From an uncultured Bacteroidia bacterium (GTDB taxonomy: Bacteria > Bacteroidota > Bacteroidia > Bacteroidales > UBA932): a DNA stretch of 64,000 nucleotides. The stretch is from NCBI GenBank assembly GCA_902778855.1, contig CACYZM010000001.1:5838-69837 (forward strand). Reading direction: 5' to 3'. Positions 38,204-47,485 of this stretch are shown here, one piece after another. Numbering within the stretch: the first letter of the stretch is position 1; every line of letters begins with the position of its first letter. The notes under the pieces are model-generated. The model made no database searches and was not told where the DNA came from. It was given only the letters and a program-made list of their open reading frames with translations. The position numbers and the translations under genes were made by a program.

Positions 38204-40563
38204 AGCTGGGGGATGACGCGTTTGAGGTCTTCGGCCAGGGAGGTGTTGTAGCCTTGGGAGAAGTAGACGATGCGGCCGAAGCTGTCGCAGATCGTGACGA
38301 CCGGCAGTTGGCGGGATTCGCTTTTACAGCCGGCGCAGAGCATCTCCAGGATCGAGCCGTCTGGGTCATCGATCGGGATGAGTTTCGACAGGCGACCCAA
38401 AGATGCGTCGGTCGAAGAGGCCATCGACCGGCCGACGGCGGGCCCGGCCATCAGCAGCGGCCTGCCCCATTCTTCCAGTTGGGGAATGATGGAACCCAGT
38501 TGGCGGACGCAGTGGTTGGTCGGCTCGTCGCGGTCGCCCAGGACGGCCAGCAGATAATAGCCGCGGCCGGTCTGGGGCAGGAAGCGGTCGGCATCCATCG
38601 TGCCCAGCACCGTGATCTTGTCGTCGGCGACGCGCATCACCAGCGGCACTTCCGTGTCGGCATCGGCCGCTACCGGGAAGAATTCCGCGTGCGAGAGCAC
38701 GCTGCCGTCGGCCAGACGGGTTCCGGAGGTCAGCATATAGTAGCCGGTATCGACCTTCAGCGGGAAGACCTGCTTCCAGGAGTTATGGTCGGAATCTTCG
38801 TCGATGGTCAGCAATTTCGCCGTTCCGTCTTCCACCTTGGCCAAAGTGAAATGATGGTAGTACTCCGGATCGCCGCGGCCGTCGAGCGCCACGGAGACGG
38901 TGCCCTGCGCCCGGGGCGCCAGCTGCGCGCCGCCGGTCAGGGCGTCGAGCTCCGCCTCGAGGCCCATGGCCCGGCAGAGCGCGACATAGAAGATGTCGCG
39001 GTTGTGGGCATCGGCTTTCCGGCTGGTCCACACGTCAATGGGGGCCATCCGGAGTTCCTGGGGATTGCGTTCCGTGTCGAGTTCGATATGCTTTTCCACC
39101 CAGTCGGCCACTTCCTCGCGGGAAGTGAGCGACAGGCCGGCGCCCAGCTCGGCGAAATAAGGTTTGAGCGGCTCGAGCTCGACCCGCGGGCAATCGCGCA
39201 GCGGATTGAACGCGCCGTCGATGTGGGCGTAGGCGTCTTCCAGCACGTCGGCGGTCACGTCACCCATATCTTTGGCCGAGAGCGAACGCAGCAGGGCGTG
39301 GGCATTGGCGTCGTCGTGCGCCGCCAGGAAAGCGTCGATCACCGCATGGTTCCCTTTCGGACGGGTCTCGCGGATGATGTCTTCCTGTTTGAAGCGCTCC
39401 GCATTGCGGGCCACTTCCTCGGGAGACGCGCCGGACGGAAGCGGATTCTCGGCGGGCGGCACGATATCCAGGTCGAGCGAGAAGCGCTCGCCGACCTGAT
39501 GATCGAGCGTCACGGACACTGCTTCGCCGTCGATCACGGCCAGGCCGAAGCGGTCGCCCTTCGAGGCCCAGGCCACCATATCGCCGCAGCCCATATCGAG
39601 GGCCGCCTGGCCCTTGCGGTCGGTCTGATAGGTAGCCACCGTATAGTATTCACCGTAGTTATAGATCTTGAACTCCACCCGGGCGTCGGCCACCGGCTTG
39701 CCGGCCGCATCCACGACCGTCACGACGCTCCGCCGCGCCGGCACGTAACCCCGGATGACGTTGATTTCCGTATAGCAGGGCGTCCGTTCGATGACATCCT
39801 CGTCGCCGTGATAGTCGCCGAAAACCTTCGTATGGAGGATCAGCGCCCGCGACACCGGCGCCGTAAACCAGGCCATGTTGAGCCGGGGCTCCGGCTCACA
39901 GGCTCCCATAAACTGCCACTTGCCGTCGACGAAGACCTCCACCCAGGCGTGGTTGTCGTCGGTGTGGGCCCAGCGCGGCGTATAGACCTGCCGGGCGGGA
40001 ATGCCCGCGGCGCGCAGCGCGGCCACGGCCAGCGTGGACTCCTCGCCGCAGCGCCCTACGCCGCGCTGAATCGTCTGCAGCGGCGACGACGTACGGCCGT
40101 CGGAAGGCTGGTAAGTAGCCATTTCGTGACACCAGTGGTTGATCTCCAGGGCCGCCTGCTCCAGCGTCATGCCCGCCACGCGGGCGCAGAGCGAATCGGC
40201 ATACAGCGTCCGAAAATCGTCGAGCGGTTCATTGTTCACCCGCAGCGGCAGCACGAAGTGCCGGAACTCCCGTTCGGGAACGTCCCAGCCCATCCGCTCG
40301 CGCACTTCGAGCGTCTTTTCGACATTGGCCTGCCAGTAGGCCAACGGCTGCGCCGCAAAATCAGGATGCGGCATATTGGCATACAGGAAATTCACATAGG
40401 CGTCCGCATCGCTCCGCGGCTCGCTGCCGCAGGCTGTCAGTATCAACGCCAGCAATAAAGCCTGCAATGTAAGCTTCAGAAAATGAGGCAGAAACGCAAG
40501 TTGATCCCCTCTCCCGGAGCGGGGATCATTTTTAATAAACGATTGATTATCAGATGTGTACAT
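38200..40563 (-). CDS. transglutaminase-like (Cys-protease / PNGase superfamily) lipoprotein with additional C-terminal domains
   Basis: Core GVGRCGEESTLAVAALRAAGIPARQVY...DNHAWVEVFVDGKWQF and lipobox LILTAC. The start is uncertain: the ATG at 40563 lies inside a repeat element, and 45 aa precede the lipobox Cys. Confidence 0.75.
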   Translation of the reverse strand: MYTSDNQSFIKNDPRSGRGDQLAFLPHFLKLTLQALLLALILTACGSEPRSDADAYVNFLYANMPHPDFAAQPLAYWQANVEKTLEVRERMGWDVPEREFRHFVLPLRVNNEPLDDFRTLYADSLCARVAGMTLEQAALEINHWCHEMATYQPSDGRTSSPLQTIQRGVGRCGEESTLAVAALRAAGIPARQVYTPRWAHTDDNHAWVEVFVDGKWQFMGACEPEPRLNMAWFTAPVSRALILHTKVFGDYHGDEDVIERTPCYTEINVIRGYVPARRSVVTVVDAAGKPVADARVEFKIYNYGEYYTVATYQTDRKGQAALDMGCGDMVAWASKGDRFGLAVIDGEAVSVTLDHQVGERFSLDLDIVPPAENPLPSGASPEEVARNAERFKQEDIIRETRPKGNHAVIDAFLAAHDDANAHALLRSLSAKDMGDVTADVLEDAYAHIDGAFNPLRDCPRVELEPLKPYFAELGAGLSLTSREEVADWVEKHIELDTERNPQELRMAPIDVWTSRKADAHNRDIFYVALCRAMGLEAELDALTGGAQLAPRAQGTVSVALDGRGDPEYYHHFTLAKVEDGTAKLLTIDEDSDHNSWKQVFPLKVDTGYYMLTSGTRLADGSVLSHAEFFPVAADADTEVPLVMRVADDKITVLGTMDADRFLPQTGRGYYLLAVLGDRDEPTNHCVRQLGSIIPQLEEWGRPLLMAGPAVGRSMASSTDASLGRLSKLIPIDDPDGSILEMLCAGCKSESRQLPVVTICDSFGRIVYFSQGYNTSLAEDLKRVIPQL

Positions 40564-40575
40564 TGCAGCGAAAAA
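40457..40575. repeat. ~120-bp imperfect palindromic element (family 'CTGCAATGTA', copy 2)
   Basis: Left end AAAGCCTGCAATGTA (40458-40471), right end TGTACATTGCAGCGAAAAA (40557-40575), central hairpin GATCCCC/GGGGATC (40503-40527). It shares the 15-mer TGTGTACATTGCAGC with 16918-16932. Confidence 0.5.
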
Positions 40576-43512
40576 TTATAAGACTGTGACTTCGTCGACA
40601 AACAGATGGGCTTCGCCGCCGGCGCCCTGGTGCCAGTCGGGCAGGACGCCGAAATTCTTGGCCACCACCCGCACGTAGCGGGCGTCGGCGCGGAGGTCGA
40701 GGGGGAACTCGAAGATCTGGACCTTCGGGTCCTTCGGATCGACTGCGTGCTTCATCTGGCCCTGCTTCACGAATTTCTTGCCGTCGGTCGACGTGTAGTA
40801 TTCCACCCACTGCGGCATCAGGATCCAGGCGCGGCTGTCCTGCAGGAAGCCGGCCGCGATGCGGGTGATGCGCCGAATCTTGCCCAGGTCGATCGTCGCG
40901 TCGAAATCGCAGCCCTGATAGCCCTGCCAGCCGCCCAGGCGGAAGTTGGTATTGCCGCGCACACCGTCGACGATGGCATTGTCGCCGCCGGCGTTGTAGG
41001 TCGGCTCATATTTATTGGCCAGTTTGACCTTGAAAGTATTGTCAAATTTCCGGAGCGTGGTGGTCGTGATGAAGCTGTGGGTGGCGCCGGTTTCGTCGGT
41101 GCAGTAGGCCTCGATGGTCGAGGTACGGCTGATTGTGAACGGGCGCTGGTAGCGGATCCAGTCGGGCTGGGCGCCGCCCTTCTCGGACAGCACGCGGTAC
41201 CAGATGCGGTAGCGCTTGTCAGCCGCCCCGAGGGCGACAGTCGTCGAGCCGGAGAAGGTCTGCGACGGCACGTCGAACCAGGGGTTCTCGACGATGGTGT
41301 GCGGCACGGCGGCCACGGGCCGGTCGTCCGGCTTGCTGCCGAAGCGCGGGTTGGGCTTGCCGTCCATACCCAGGATGAAGGTATGGCCCTGTTCGATGTC
41401 GGAGAAGCGGAGGTACGACTTGCTGTACGGCACGCCGTCGCGCATCACGTGGTTGATGTAGGGATTCTTCTGGCTGGTGCGCGGAGCGCGGACGGTGAAG
41501 TCCTTGCCGTTCTCGAGGTGGATCACGGCGTTGCGGAACAGCGGCGTGCCGAAGACCAGCACGTCGGAACCGGGCGTCACGGGATAGAAGCCGAGGGCGC
41601 TCATCACGTACCAGGCCGACATCTGCCCGCAGTCCTCGTTGCCGCAGAGGCCGTCGGGCCGGGAAGTGAAGAGGTCGTCCATAATGCCGCGCAGCACGCG
41701 TTGCGCCTTCCAGGGAGCGCCAGCATAGGCGTAGAGATAGGCGATGTGGTGGCTGGGCTCATTGCCCTGGGCGTACTGCCCCACCATACCCGTCATATCG
41801 GCCACCTTCCAGGCGCCGCCGGTGTCGCTCGACGAGGTGAACAGTTCATCGAGCCAGTCGATCATCGAGTCGTCGCCACCGCTGACGCCGATCAGGCCGT
41901 TCACATCGTGCTGCACGTGGAAGGAGTACTGCCAGGAGTTGGCCTCGGTGTAGTGGACGTTGACGTCGGTGGGATTGAAGGGCGAGAGCCAGATGCCGTT
42001 GATGCGCGGGCGCATGAAGCCCGTGGTGGGATCGTAGACATTGCGCCAGTACTGGGCGCGTTTCTGGTACTGCGCTTCGGTCTGGCGGTCGCCGGCGAAA
42101 TGGGCCACCTGGGAGATGCACCAGTCGTCGAGGGCGTATTCCAGGGTCTTCGACACGGATTCGTGCTCGCGCTCGGCGAGCACCAGGCCGTTGTCGCGGT
42201 ACACGTCGATGCCGAATTCGGCCCGGTTCGAGGTGGCCACCAGCGCCTTGAGGGCCTTCTTCACGTCGAAGTCGTCGATGCCCTTGGCCAGGGCGTCGGC
42301 GATCATCGGGGCGGAGCTGTAGCCGATCATGCAGTTGGTCTCATAGCCGCAGAGCTCCCAGACGGGGAGCTTGCCGCCTTCGTCGTAGATCGAGATCATC
42401 GACTTGATGAAGTCGACGGTCCGCTTCCGCTCGATGATGTTGAACAGCGGATGCAGGGTCCGGTAGGTGTCCCAGAGGGAGAAGATGTGATAGCGGTCGA
42501 ATCCCACAGCCTTGTGGACGCGCCGGTCCATACCCAGGTACATCCCGTCGCTGTCGGAGTAGAGGCTCGGCGCGATGGCCGCGTGGTAGAGCGCCGTGTA
42601 GAAGACCTTCATTGCTTCGGCGTCGCCCTCCACCTCGATTTTCGAGAGGAAATCGTTCCAGGCGACGCGGGTGGACTGGCGCAGCAGGTCGAACGAGAAC
42701 AGGCCGTTCTGTTTCCAGCCGTCCTCCGATTTGAGGTTGGCCTTGGCGCCTTCTTCGGAGACCGAAGAGATGGCGGCCTTGACCACCAGCTCGCGGGCGC
42801 GCGACTGGCCGGCCGAACGGTCGAAGCTCAGCAGGGCCGTGGCGCCGTGCGGCGACTGGGCGATGGTGATGCCCGTGATCGGGCGGGAGAATTCCATATA
42901 AAAGTAGCACATCTGGCCGTCCGCCCAGGAGCGGGACGACCGGAAGCCCTGGATGGCGTTTTCACCGGCCAGTTCGATCTTGGAATCCAGCACGCGGTCG
43001 CGCGGGCCCAGGTCGACGACCAGCTGCGGGGTCGCATCCTTGGGATAGGTATAGCGATGGGCGCCGATACGGCGGCCGACCGTCAGCTCCGCCTCCACGT
43101 CCCAGCGGTCGAGATGCACGCTGTAGTAGCCGGCCGAGGCGTGCTCGTTGCGGTGCGAGAAGGGCGACTGGTAGTTCTCTTCCTTCACCAGGCCTTCGTA
43201 GCCCACCACCGGCATGATGCGGATGTCGCACAGGTCGGCGCAGCCGGTGCCGCTCAGGTGGGTGTGCGAGAAACCCTTGATCAGGGAGTCGCTGTAATGG
43301 TAACCCGAGCAGCCGTCCCAATTGTCCTCGCGGGTATCGGGACTGAGCTGGATCATACCGAAGGGATAGGTCGCGCCGGGGAACGTATGCCCGTGGAAGT
43401 CGGTTCCCACCATCGGATTGACCATATCGGCATATTTTGTGCGGAGTACGCCCGCGTCGAGCAGGCCGGGGATGCCCGCCAGCAAGACAAAGAGGATCAG
43501 AAGCTTTTTCAT
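40576..43512 (-). CDS. GH92-family alpha-mannosidase with C-terminal F5/8 type C (discoidin) domain
   Basis: MVNPMVGTDFHGHTFPGATYPFGMIQLSPDT is a GH92 hallmark, and a discoidin-like domain lies in the last ~140 aa. The ATG at 43512 (MKKLLILFVLLAG) is preferred; an alternative ATG is at 43530. Confidence 0.9.
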   Translation of the reverse strand: MKKLLILFVLLAGIPGLLDAGVLRTKYADMVNPMVGTDFHGHTFPGATYPFGMIQLSPDTREDNWDGCSGYHYSDSLIKGFSHTHLSGTGCADLCDIRIMPVVGYEGLVKEENYQSPFSHRNEHASAGYYSVHLDRWDVEAELTVGRRIGAHRYTYPKDATPQLVVDLGPRDRVLDSKIELAGENAIQGFRSSRSWADGQMCYFYMEFSRPITGITIAQSPHGATALLSFDRSAGQSRARELVVKAAISSVSEEGAKANLKSEDGWKQNGLFSFDLLRQSTRVAWNDFLSKIEVEGDAEAMKVFYTALYHAAIAPSLYSDSDGMYLGMDRRVHKAVGFDRYHIFSLWDTYRTLHPLFNIIERKRTVDFIKSMISIYDEGGKLPVWELCGYETNCMIGYSSAPMIADALAKGIDDFDVKKALKALVATSNRAEFGIDVYRDNGLVLAEREHESVSKTLEYALDDWCISQVAHFAGDRQTEAQYQKRAQYWRNVYDPTTGFMRPRINGIWLSPFNPTDVNVHYTEANSWQYSFHVQHDVNGLIGVSGGDDSMIDWLDELFTSSSDTGGAWKVADMTGMVGQYAQGNEPSHHIAYLYAYAGAPWKAQRVLRGIMDDLFTSRPDGLCGNEDCGQMSAWYVMSALGFYPVTPGSDVLVFGTPLFRNAVIHLENGKDFTVRAPRTSQKNPYINHVMRDGVPYSKSYLRFSDIEQGHTFILGMDGKPNPRFGSKPDDRPVAAVPHTIVENPWFDVPSQTFSGSTTVALGAADKRYRIWYRVLSEKGGAQPDWIRYQRPFTISRTSTIEAYCTDETGATHSFITTTTLRKFDNTFKVKLANKYEPTYNAGGDNAIVDGVRGNTNFRLGGWQGYQGCDFDATIDLGKIRRITRIAAGFLQDSRAWILMPQWVEYYTSTDGKKFVKQGQMKHAVDPKDPKVQIFEFPLDLRADARYVRVVAKNFGVLPDWHQGAGGEAHLFVDEVTVL

Positions 43513-43565
43513 AATTGTAAAAATAGGCATTTTTTATTATTTTTACCGAATAATTGTTTGGAATC

Positions 43566-44600
43566 ATGAAAAGAACCCTGCTTGCCCTGCTCGTGCTCGC
43601 GTGCTGTTTCCCGACCCTCGCCAGCGCCCAGTCCGGCGCCGTGGTTTACAGCCTGCCCCAGACCGTTCTCTCGTTGAAAGTCAAGGTGCAGCGCGAAGCC
43701 TTCACGGCGGGGCCGTATGCCGCCTACGCCCAGAAATACCTCGGCGTGGCCGCCAAGGCCGAAAACGGCGTGACCGTCACCCCGCTCGAAATCACCGTCA
43801 CCCCGTATGTCGAGGCCGATCCCAAGGCCCGTTTCGCCGTGACGATCCCCGAGAAATCCTCCGCGGGCTTCCTGCAGCTCTGCGCGCAGGGGCTGGTCGT
43901 GATGGCCGACAATTATACCGGCAAACCCGCTCCCTGGCGTTTCCAGAGCCAGGCCGGAACCGCCAGCTTCGAAGGCGTCGACCCGCTGGGCAACCTGGGC
44001 TCTGAAACCACGACCCTCTACAAAGCCGTCCGCACCGACGACGGCTATGAACGCGTCCCCGTGACCCAGGACAACGTCGTCGAGAAATCGCCCGACCGCA
44101 AGGCCGCCGACGCGGCCGCCGTGATCTTCAGCCTGCGCGAGAAGCGCCAGCAGATCGCTACCGGCGACACCGACGCCACCTTCAGCGGCGAAGCCCTCCA
44201 GGCCGCCATCGAAGAGATCACCCGCCTCGAAGAGCGCTACCTGAGCCTCTTCTACGGCATCCGCGACGTCTCCATCGAAGAGAAGACCTTCGACATCGTA
44301 CCCGATCCCGCCAACACCACGGGCCGCTACAACGCTTTCCGCGTCGGCGACACCCTCCTGCCCGGCTCCGCCAAGGAAGGCCGCGCCTTCACGCTGGAAC
44401 TCCAGAAAGAAGAGCTCTCCGCCCCCGATGCGGTCGGCGACAATCGCGCCCGCGAGGCCGCCGCGGTCCGCTACCGCATCCCCGCCATCACCCGCTGCCG
44501 CCTTCTCGACGGCTCGAAACTGCTGCTCGAAACCCGCGTGCCCGTGTACCAGCTCGGCGAGGAAGCCGCCTTCCCCCTCAATGCGCTACTGACGAAATAA
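43566..44600 (+). CDS. DUF4831-family exported protein
   Basis: MKRTLLALLVLACCFPTLASAQ signal peptide, then VYSLPQTVLSLKVKVQREAFTAGPYAAYAQKYLG, typical of DUF4831 as I remember it. The track start is TTG. Confidence 0.65.
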   Translation: MKRTLLALLVLACCFPTLASAQSGAVVYSLPQTVLSLKVKVQREAFTAGPYAAYAQKYLGVAAKAENGVTVTPLEITVTPYVEADPKARFAVTIPEKSSAGFLQLCAQGLVVMADNYTGKPAPWRFQSQAGTASFEGVDPLGNLGSETTTLYKAVRTDDGYERVPVTQDNVVEKSPDRKAADAAAVIFSLREKRQQIATGDTDATFSGEALQAAIEEITRLEERYLSLFYGIRDVSIEEKTFDIVPDPANTTGRYNAFRVGDTLLPGSAKEGRAFTLELQKEELSAPDAVGDNRAREAAAVRYRIPAITRCRLLDGSKLLLETRVPVYQLGEEAAFPLNALLTK

Positions 44601-44621
44601 AACCATAATCATCCATCTGTT

Positions 44622-46085
44622 ATGCCTATCCGCAAATTAGAACCCAAGAGCGTCTGGAACAACTTCTATTCGCTCACCCAGATTCCCCGTCCTTCGGGAC
44701 ATACCCAGAAAGTAGCCAAGTTCCTCGTCCAGTGGGCGAAAGACCTCGGTATGGAAGCCTTCCAGGATGAATGCGGCAACGTCATCATCCGCAAGCCCGC
44801 CACCCCGGGTATGGAAGACCGCAAAGGCATCGTGCTCCAGGCCCATATGGACATGGTCCCGCAAAAGAACAACGACAAGAAACACGATTTCACCAAAGAT
44901 CCGATCGAAACCCGCATCGTCCACCAGGACGACGGCGACTGGGTGTATGCCAACGGCACGACCCTCGGCGCCGACGACGGCCTCGGCGTGGCCGCCGCGA
45001 TGTCGGTCCTCGAATCCAAGACCCTGAAGCACGGTCCGCTCGAAGCCCTCTTTACCGTCGATGAAGAAACCCGCATGGTCGGCGCCAAGGCCCTGAAGCC
45101 GGGCGTCCTCAAGGGCGAGATCCTGCTCAACCTCGACTCCGAGACGGAAGGCGAACTCTACGTGGGCTGCGCCGGCGGTCTCGACGCCAACGTCACCTTC
45201 AAATACAAAGAAGCCCCGATGCCGAAAGGCTACAAGGCTTTCCAGGTGATCGTCACCGGTCTCCGCGGCGGCCACTCCGGCATGGAGATCAACGAAGGCC
45301 GCGGCAACGCCAACAAGGTGATGGCCCGCATGCTGCTCCCGATGGTCCGCCATCTCAAAGGCAAACTCGTGAGCTTCAACGGCGGCAATATGCGCAACGC
45401 CATCCCGCGCGAAGCCGAAGCCATCATCGCCCTCCCGGCCGAGGCCGAGAACTCCGCGCTCAAGCTGGTCGGCTCCACCCTGTCCACCGTCAAGTCGGAA
45501 CTCGCCGCCATCGACCCGAACGTCTCGATCACCATCGCGCCCGCCAAGGCTTCGAAGATCATCGCCGGCACCACCGGCCTCAAGCTCCTGAAAGCCCTCT
45601 ACGCTTGCCCGAACGCCGTCGACCGCATGAGCCTCGAGGTAAAGGATCTCGTGGAGACCTCCAACAACCTGGCCATCGTCCACACCGGCAAGGGCGAGAT
45701 CACCGTCAACACGCTGCTGCGCGGCTCCACCGACTCCCTGAAGGAAGACCTCGCCGAATCCGTCCGCTGCGCCTTCGAACTGGCCGGCGCCAAGGTGTTC
45801 TTCGACGGCGGTTACTCCGGCTGGGTGCCCAACATGAAGTCGCCCATCCTCAAGACCATGAAGGAGCAGTACAAGAAACTCTTCGGCAAGGAGCCGGCCG
45901 TGATGGCCATCCACGCCGGCCTCGAGTGCGGCATCCTCGCGGGCGCCTATCCCGAATGGGATATGATCTCCTGCGGCCCGACCCTCAAGTCGCCCCACTC
46001 CCCGGACGAGCGCTGCTTCATCCCCTCGGTCGAGAAATGGTGGACCTTCATCAAGGCCGTCATCGAAGACGCTCCGAAGAAATAA
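44622..46085 (+). CDS. pepD: aminoacyl-histidine dipeptidase (M20C, PepD)
   Basis: LEPKSVWNNFYSLTQIPRPSGH...LQAHMDMV...GADDGLG motifs; 487 aa. Confidence 0.9.
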   Translation: MPIRKLEPKSVWNNFYSLTQIPRPSGHTQKVAKFLVQWAKDLGMEAFQDECGNVIIRKPATPGMEDRKGIVLQAHMDMVPQKNNDKKHDFTKDPIETRIVHQDDGDWVYANGTTLGADDGLGVAAAMSVLESKTLKHGPLEALFTVDEETRMVGAKALKPGVLKGEILLNLDSETEGELYVGCAGGLDANVTFKYKEAPMPKGYKAFQVIVTGLRGGHSGMEINEGRGNANKVMARMLLPMVRHLKGKLVSFNGGNMRNAIPREAEAIIALPAEAENSALKLVGSTLSTVKSELAAIDPNVSITIAPAKASKIIAGTTGLKLLKALYACPNAVDRMSLEVKDLVETSNNLAIVHTGKGEITVNTLLRGSTDSLKEDLAESVRCAFELAGAKVFFDGGYSGWVPNMKSPILKTMKEQYKKLFGKEPAVMAIHAGLECGILAGAYPEWDMISCGPTLKSPHSPDERCFIPSVEKWWTFIKAVIEDAPKK

Positions 46086-46109
46086 TTTTGTGGATTGAAA
46101 AATAATCCA

Positions 46110-46117
46110 TACATTTG
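46110..46117 (+). promoter_or_regulatory. Bacteroidota -7 promoter box (TACATTTG) for rpsF-rpsR-rplI
   Basis: TAnnTTTG match 53 nt upstream of the rpsF ATG. Confidence 0.45.
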
Positions 46118-46119
46118 CA

Positions 46120-46150
46120 GCCCTTTGGGAAAATCCCGAAGGGCTTTATT
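46120..46150 (+). terminator. hairpin + T-tract after pepD
   Basis: GCCCTTTGGGA / TCCCGAAGGGC stem (one G-U pair) followed by TTTATT. Confidence 0.55.
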
Positions 46151-46169
46151 AATTCATTTATCCACTGAA

Positions 46170-46550
46170 ATGTTAAAACAGTACGAAACCGTTTTCATTG
46201 CAACTCCCGTTTTGTCTGATGTCCAGATGAAGGAAGCGGTTGCCAAGTACACCGGTCTGATCACCGAAAACGGTGGCAAGATCGTGTGCCAGGAGGACTG
46301 GGGTCTGAAGAAACTGGCTTACCCCATCCAGAAGAAAACTACCGGCTTCTACACCCTGATTGAATTTCAGGCTGAACCGGAGTTCATTGCCAAATTTGAA
46401 ACGCAGTTCAAGCGGGACGAGCGCATCCTCCGCTTCCAGACTGTATCTATGGACAAGCACGCCATCGCCTACGCCGAGCGCCGTCGCGCCAAGATGAATG
46501 GCACTGCAACGGCCGCCGAGGAACCCGCCGAGGCCCCCGTCAACGAATAA
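46170..46550 (+). CDS. rpsF: 30S ribosomal protein S6
   Basis: [17 protein letters not shown]... is the conserved S6 N-terminus. The track ORF start at 46095 is upstream of the promoter-proximal ATG. Confidence 0.9.
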   Translation: MLKQYETVFIATPVLSDVQMKEAVAKYTGLITENGGKIVCQEDWGLKKLAYPIQKKTTGFYTLIEFQAEPEFIAKFETQFKRDERILRFQTVSMDKHAIAYAERRRAKMNGTATAAEEPAEAPVNE

Positions 46551-46562
46551 GGAGATACCATT

Positions 46563-46829
46563 ATGGCACAGAACGATGACATCCGCTATCTGAACCCCGT
46601 CAATGTCGAGGTCAAGAAGAAGAAGTACTGCCGCTTCAAGAAGGCAGGCATCAAATATGTGGACTACAAGGACGCCGAGTTCCTGAAGAAGTTCCTCAAC
46701 GAACAGGGCAAGATCCTTCCCCGCCGCATCACCGGCACTTCGCTGAAATTCCAGAAGAAGGTCTCCCAAGCTGTCAAGCGGGCTCGCCACCTGGCGCTTC
46801 TCCCGTATGTAACCGACCTGATGAAATAA
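46563..46829 (+). CDS. rpsR: 30S ribosomal protein S18
   Basis: KKKYCRFKK...[10 protein letters not shown]...[19 protein letters not shown]. Confidence 0.95.
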   Translation: MAQNDDIRYLNPVNVEVKKKKYCRFKKAGIKYVDYKDAEFLKKFLNEQGKILPRRITGTSLKFQKKVSQAVKRARHLALLPYVTDLMK

Positions 46830-46841
46830 GGAGGAAACACC

Positions 46842-47297
46842 ATGGAAGTCATTCTCAAACAAGACATTCAGAACCTTGGCAACAAAGACGACATCGTGAC
46901 CGTCCGCAACGGTTACGGCGCCAACTGGCTGATCCCTCAGGGCCTGGCCATCATGGCCACCCCCACCGCCAAGAAGATCCACGCTGAGAACATGCGCCAG
47001 CGCGCTCACAAAGAGCAGGCTCTGCGCGACGCCGCCGAGAAACTCGCCGCCCGTCTCGCCGAGACGACCGTGAAGGTCCCCGCCAAGGTGAGCGAGACCG
47101 GCAAGGTGTTCGGTTCCGTGAGCAACATCCAGGTCGCCGAGGCCCTCGTGGCCGCCGGTTTCGACGTGGACCGCAAGAACATCGCCCTCGTGGGTGAACC
47201 CCTGGTCAAACAGGTCGGCACCTACGAAGCCGCTGTCAAGTGCTACAAGGACATCAAAGCCACCGTCAAATTCGAGGTGGTCCCCGAAGAAGCCTAA
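46842..47297 (+). CDS. rplI: 50S ribosomal protein L9
   Basis: MEVILKQDIQNLGNKDDIVTVRNGYGANWLIPQGLA. Confidence 0.95.
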   Translation: MEVILKQDIQNLGNKDDIVTVRNGYGANWLIPQGLAIMATPTAKKIHAENMRQRAHKEQALRDAAEKLAARLAETTVKVPAKVSETGKVFGSVSNIQVAEALVAAGFDVDRKNIALVGEPLVKQVGTYEAAVKCYKDIKATVKFEVVPEEA

Positions 47298-47347
47298 ACC
47301 GCACGGTTCGCTGATCAGCGCCCTCGGCGCCGCCGCTCGACGGCCCA

Positions 47348-47457
47348 GCTGGAGACTAACCAACTGATTAGCAATACTTTTCGCGAAATCGCCCTCCCCC
47401 TGCAAGGGGAGGGCGATTTCTCGTTATCGATTGATAGTCTGGAAGTTAGCCTCCACC
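47348..47457. repeat. ~110-bp long-hairpin REP-like element (family 'GCTGGAG...GGGGAGGGCGA', copy C), adjacent to the Y1 transposase gene
   Basis: Perfect 15-bp central stem GAAATCGCCCTCCCC / GGGGAGGGCGATTTC (47385-47420) and outer inverted ends GCTGGAGACTAAC / GTTAGCCTCCACC. Confidence 0.7.
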
Positions 47458-47485
47458 GGTCAATGGGTCGCGTTGACCGAACGGG

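Noticed and set aside
37217-38251. 344-aa plus-strand ORF with repeated KPGMT / RPGMT segments
   Set aside because: It is the antisense frame of cutC. The repeated peptide is the plus-strand reading of the three hairpin elements, and there is no independent coding evidence.
46120-46144. Hairpin as an S6:S18 autoregulatory leader for rpsF
   Set aside because: The rpsF -7 box ends at 46117, so the predicted TSS falls inside the 5' arm of the hairpin and the structure would not be fully transcribed. It fits better as the pepD terminator. This is not excluded without TSS data.
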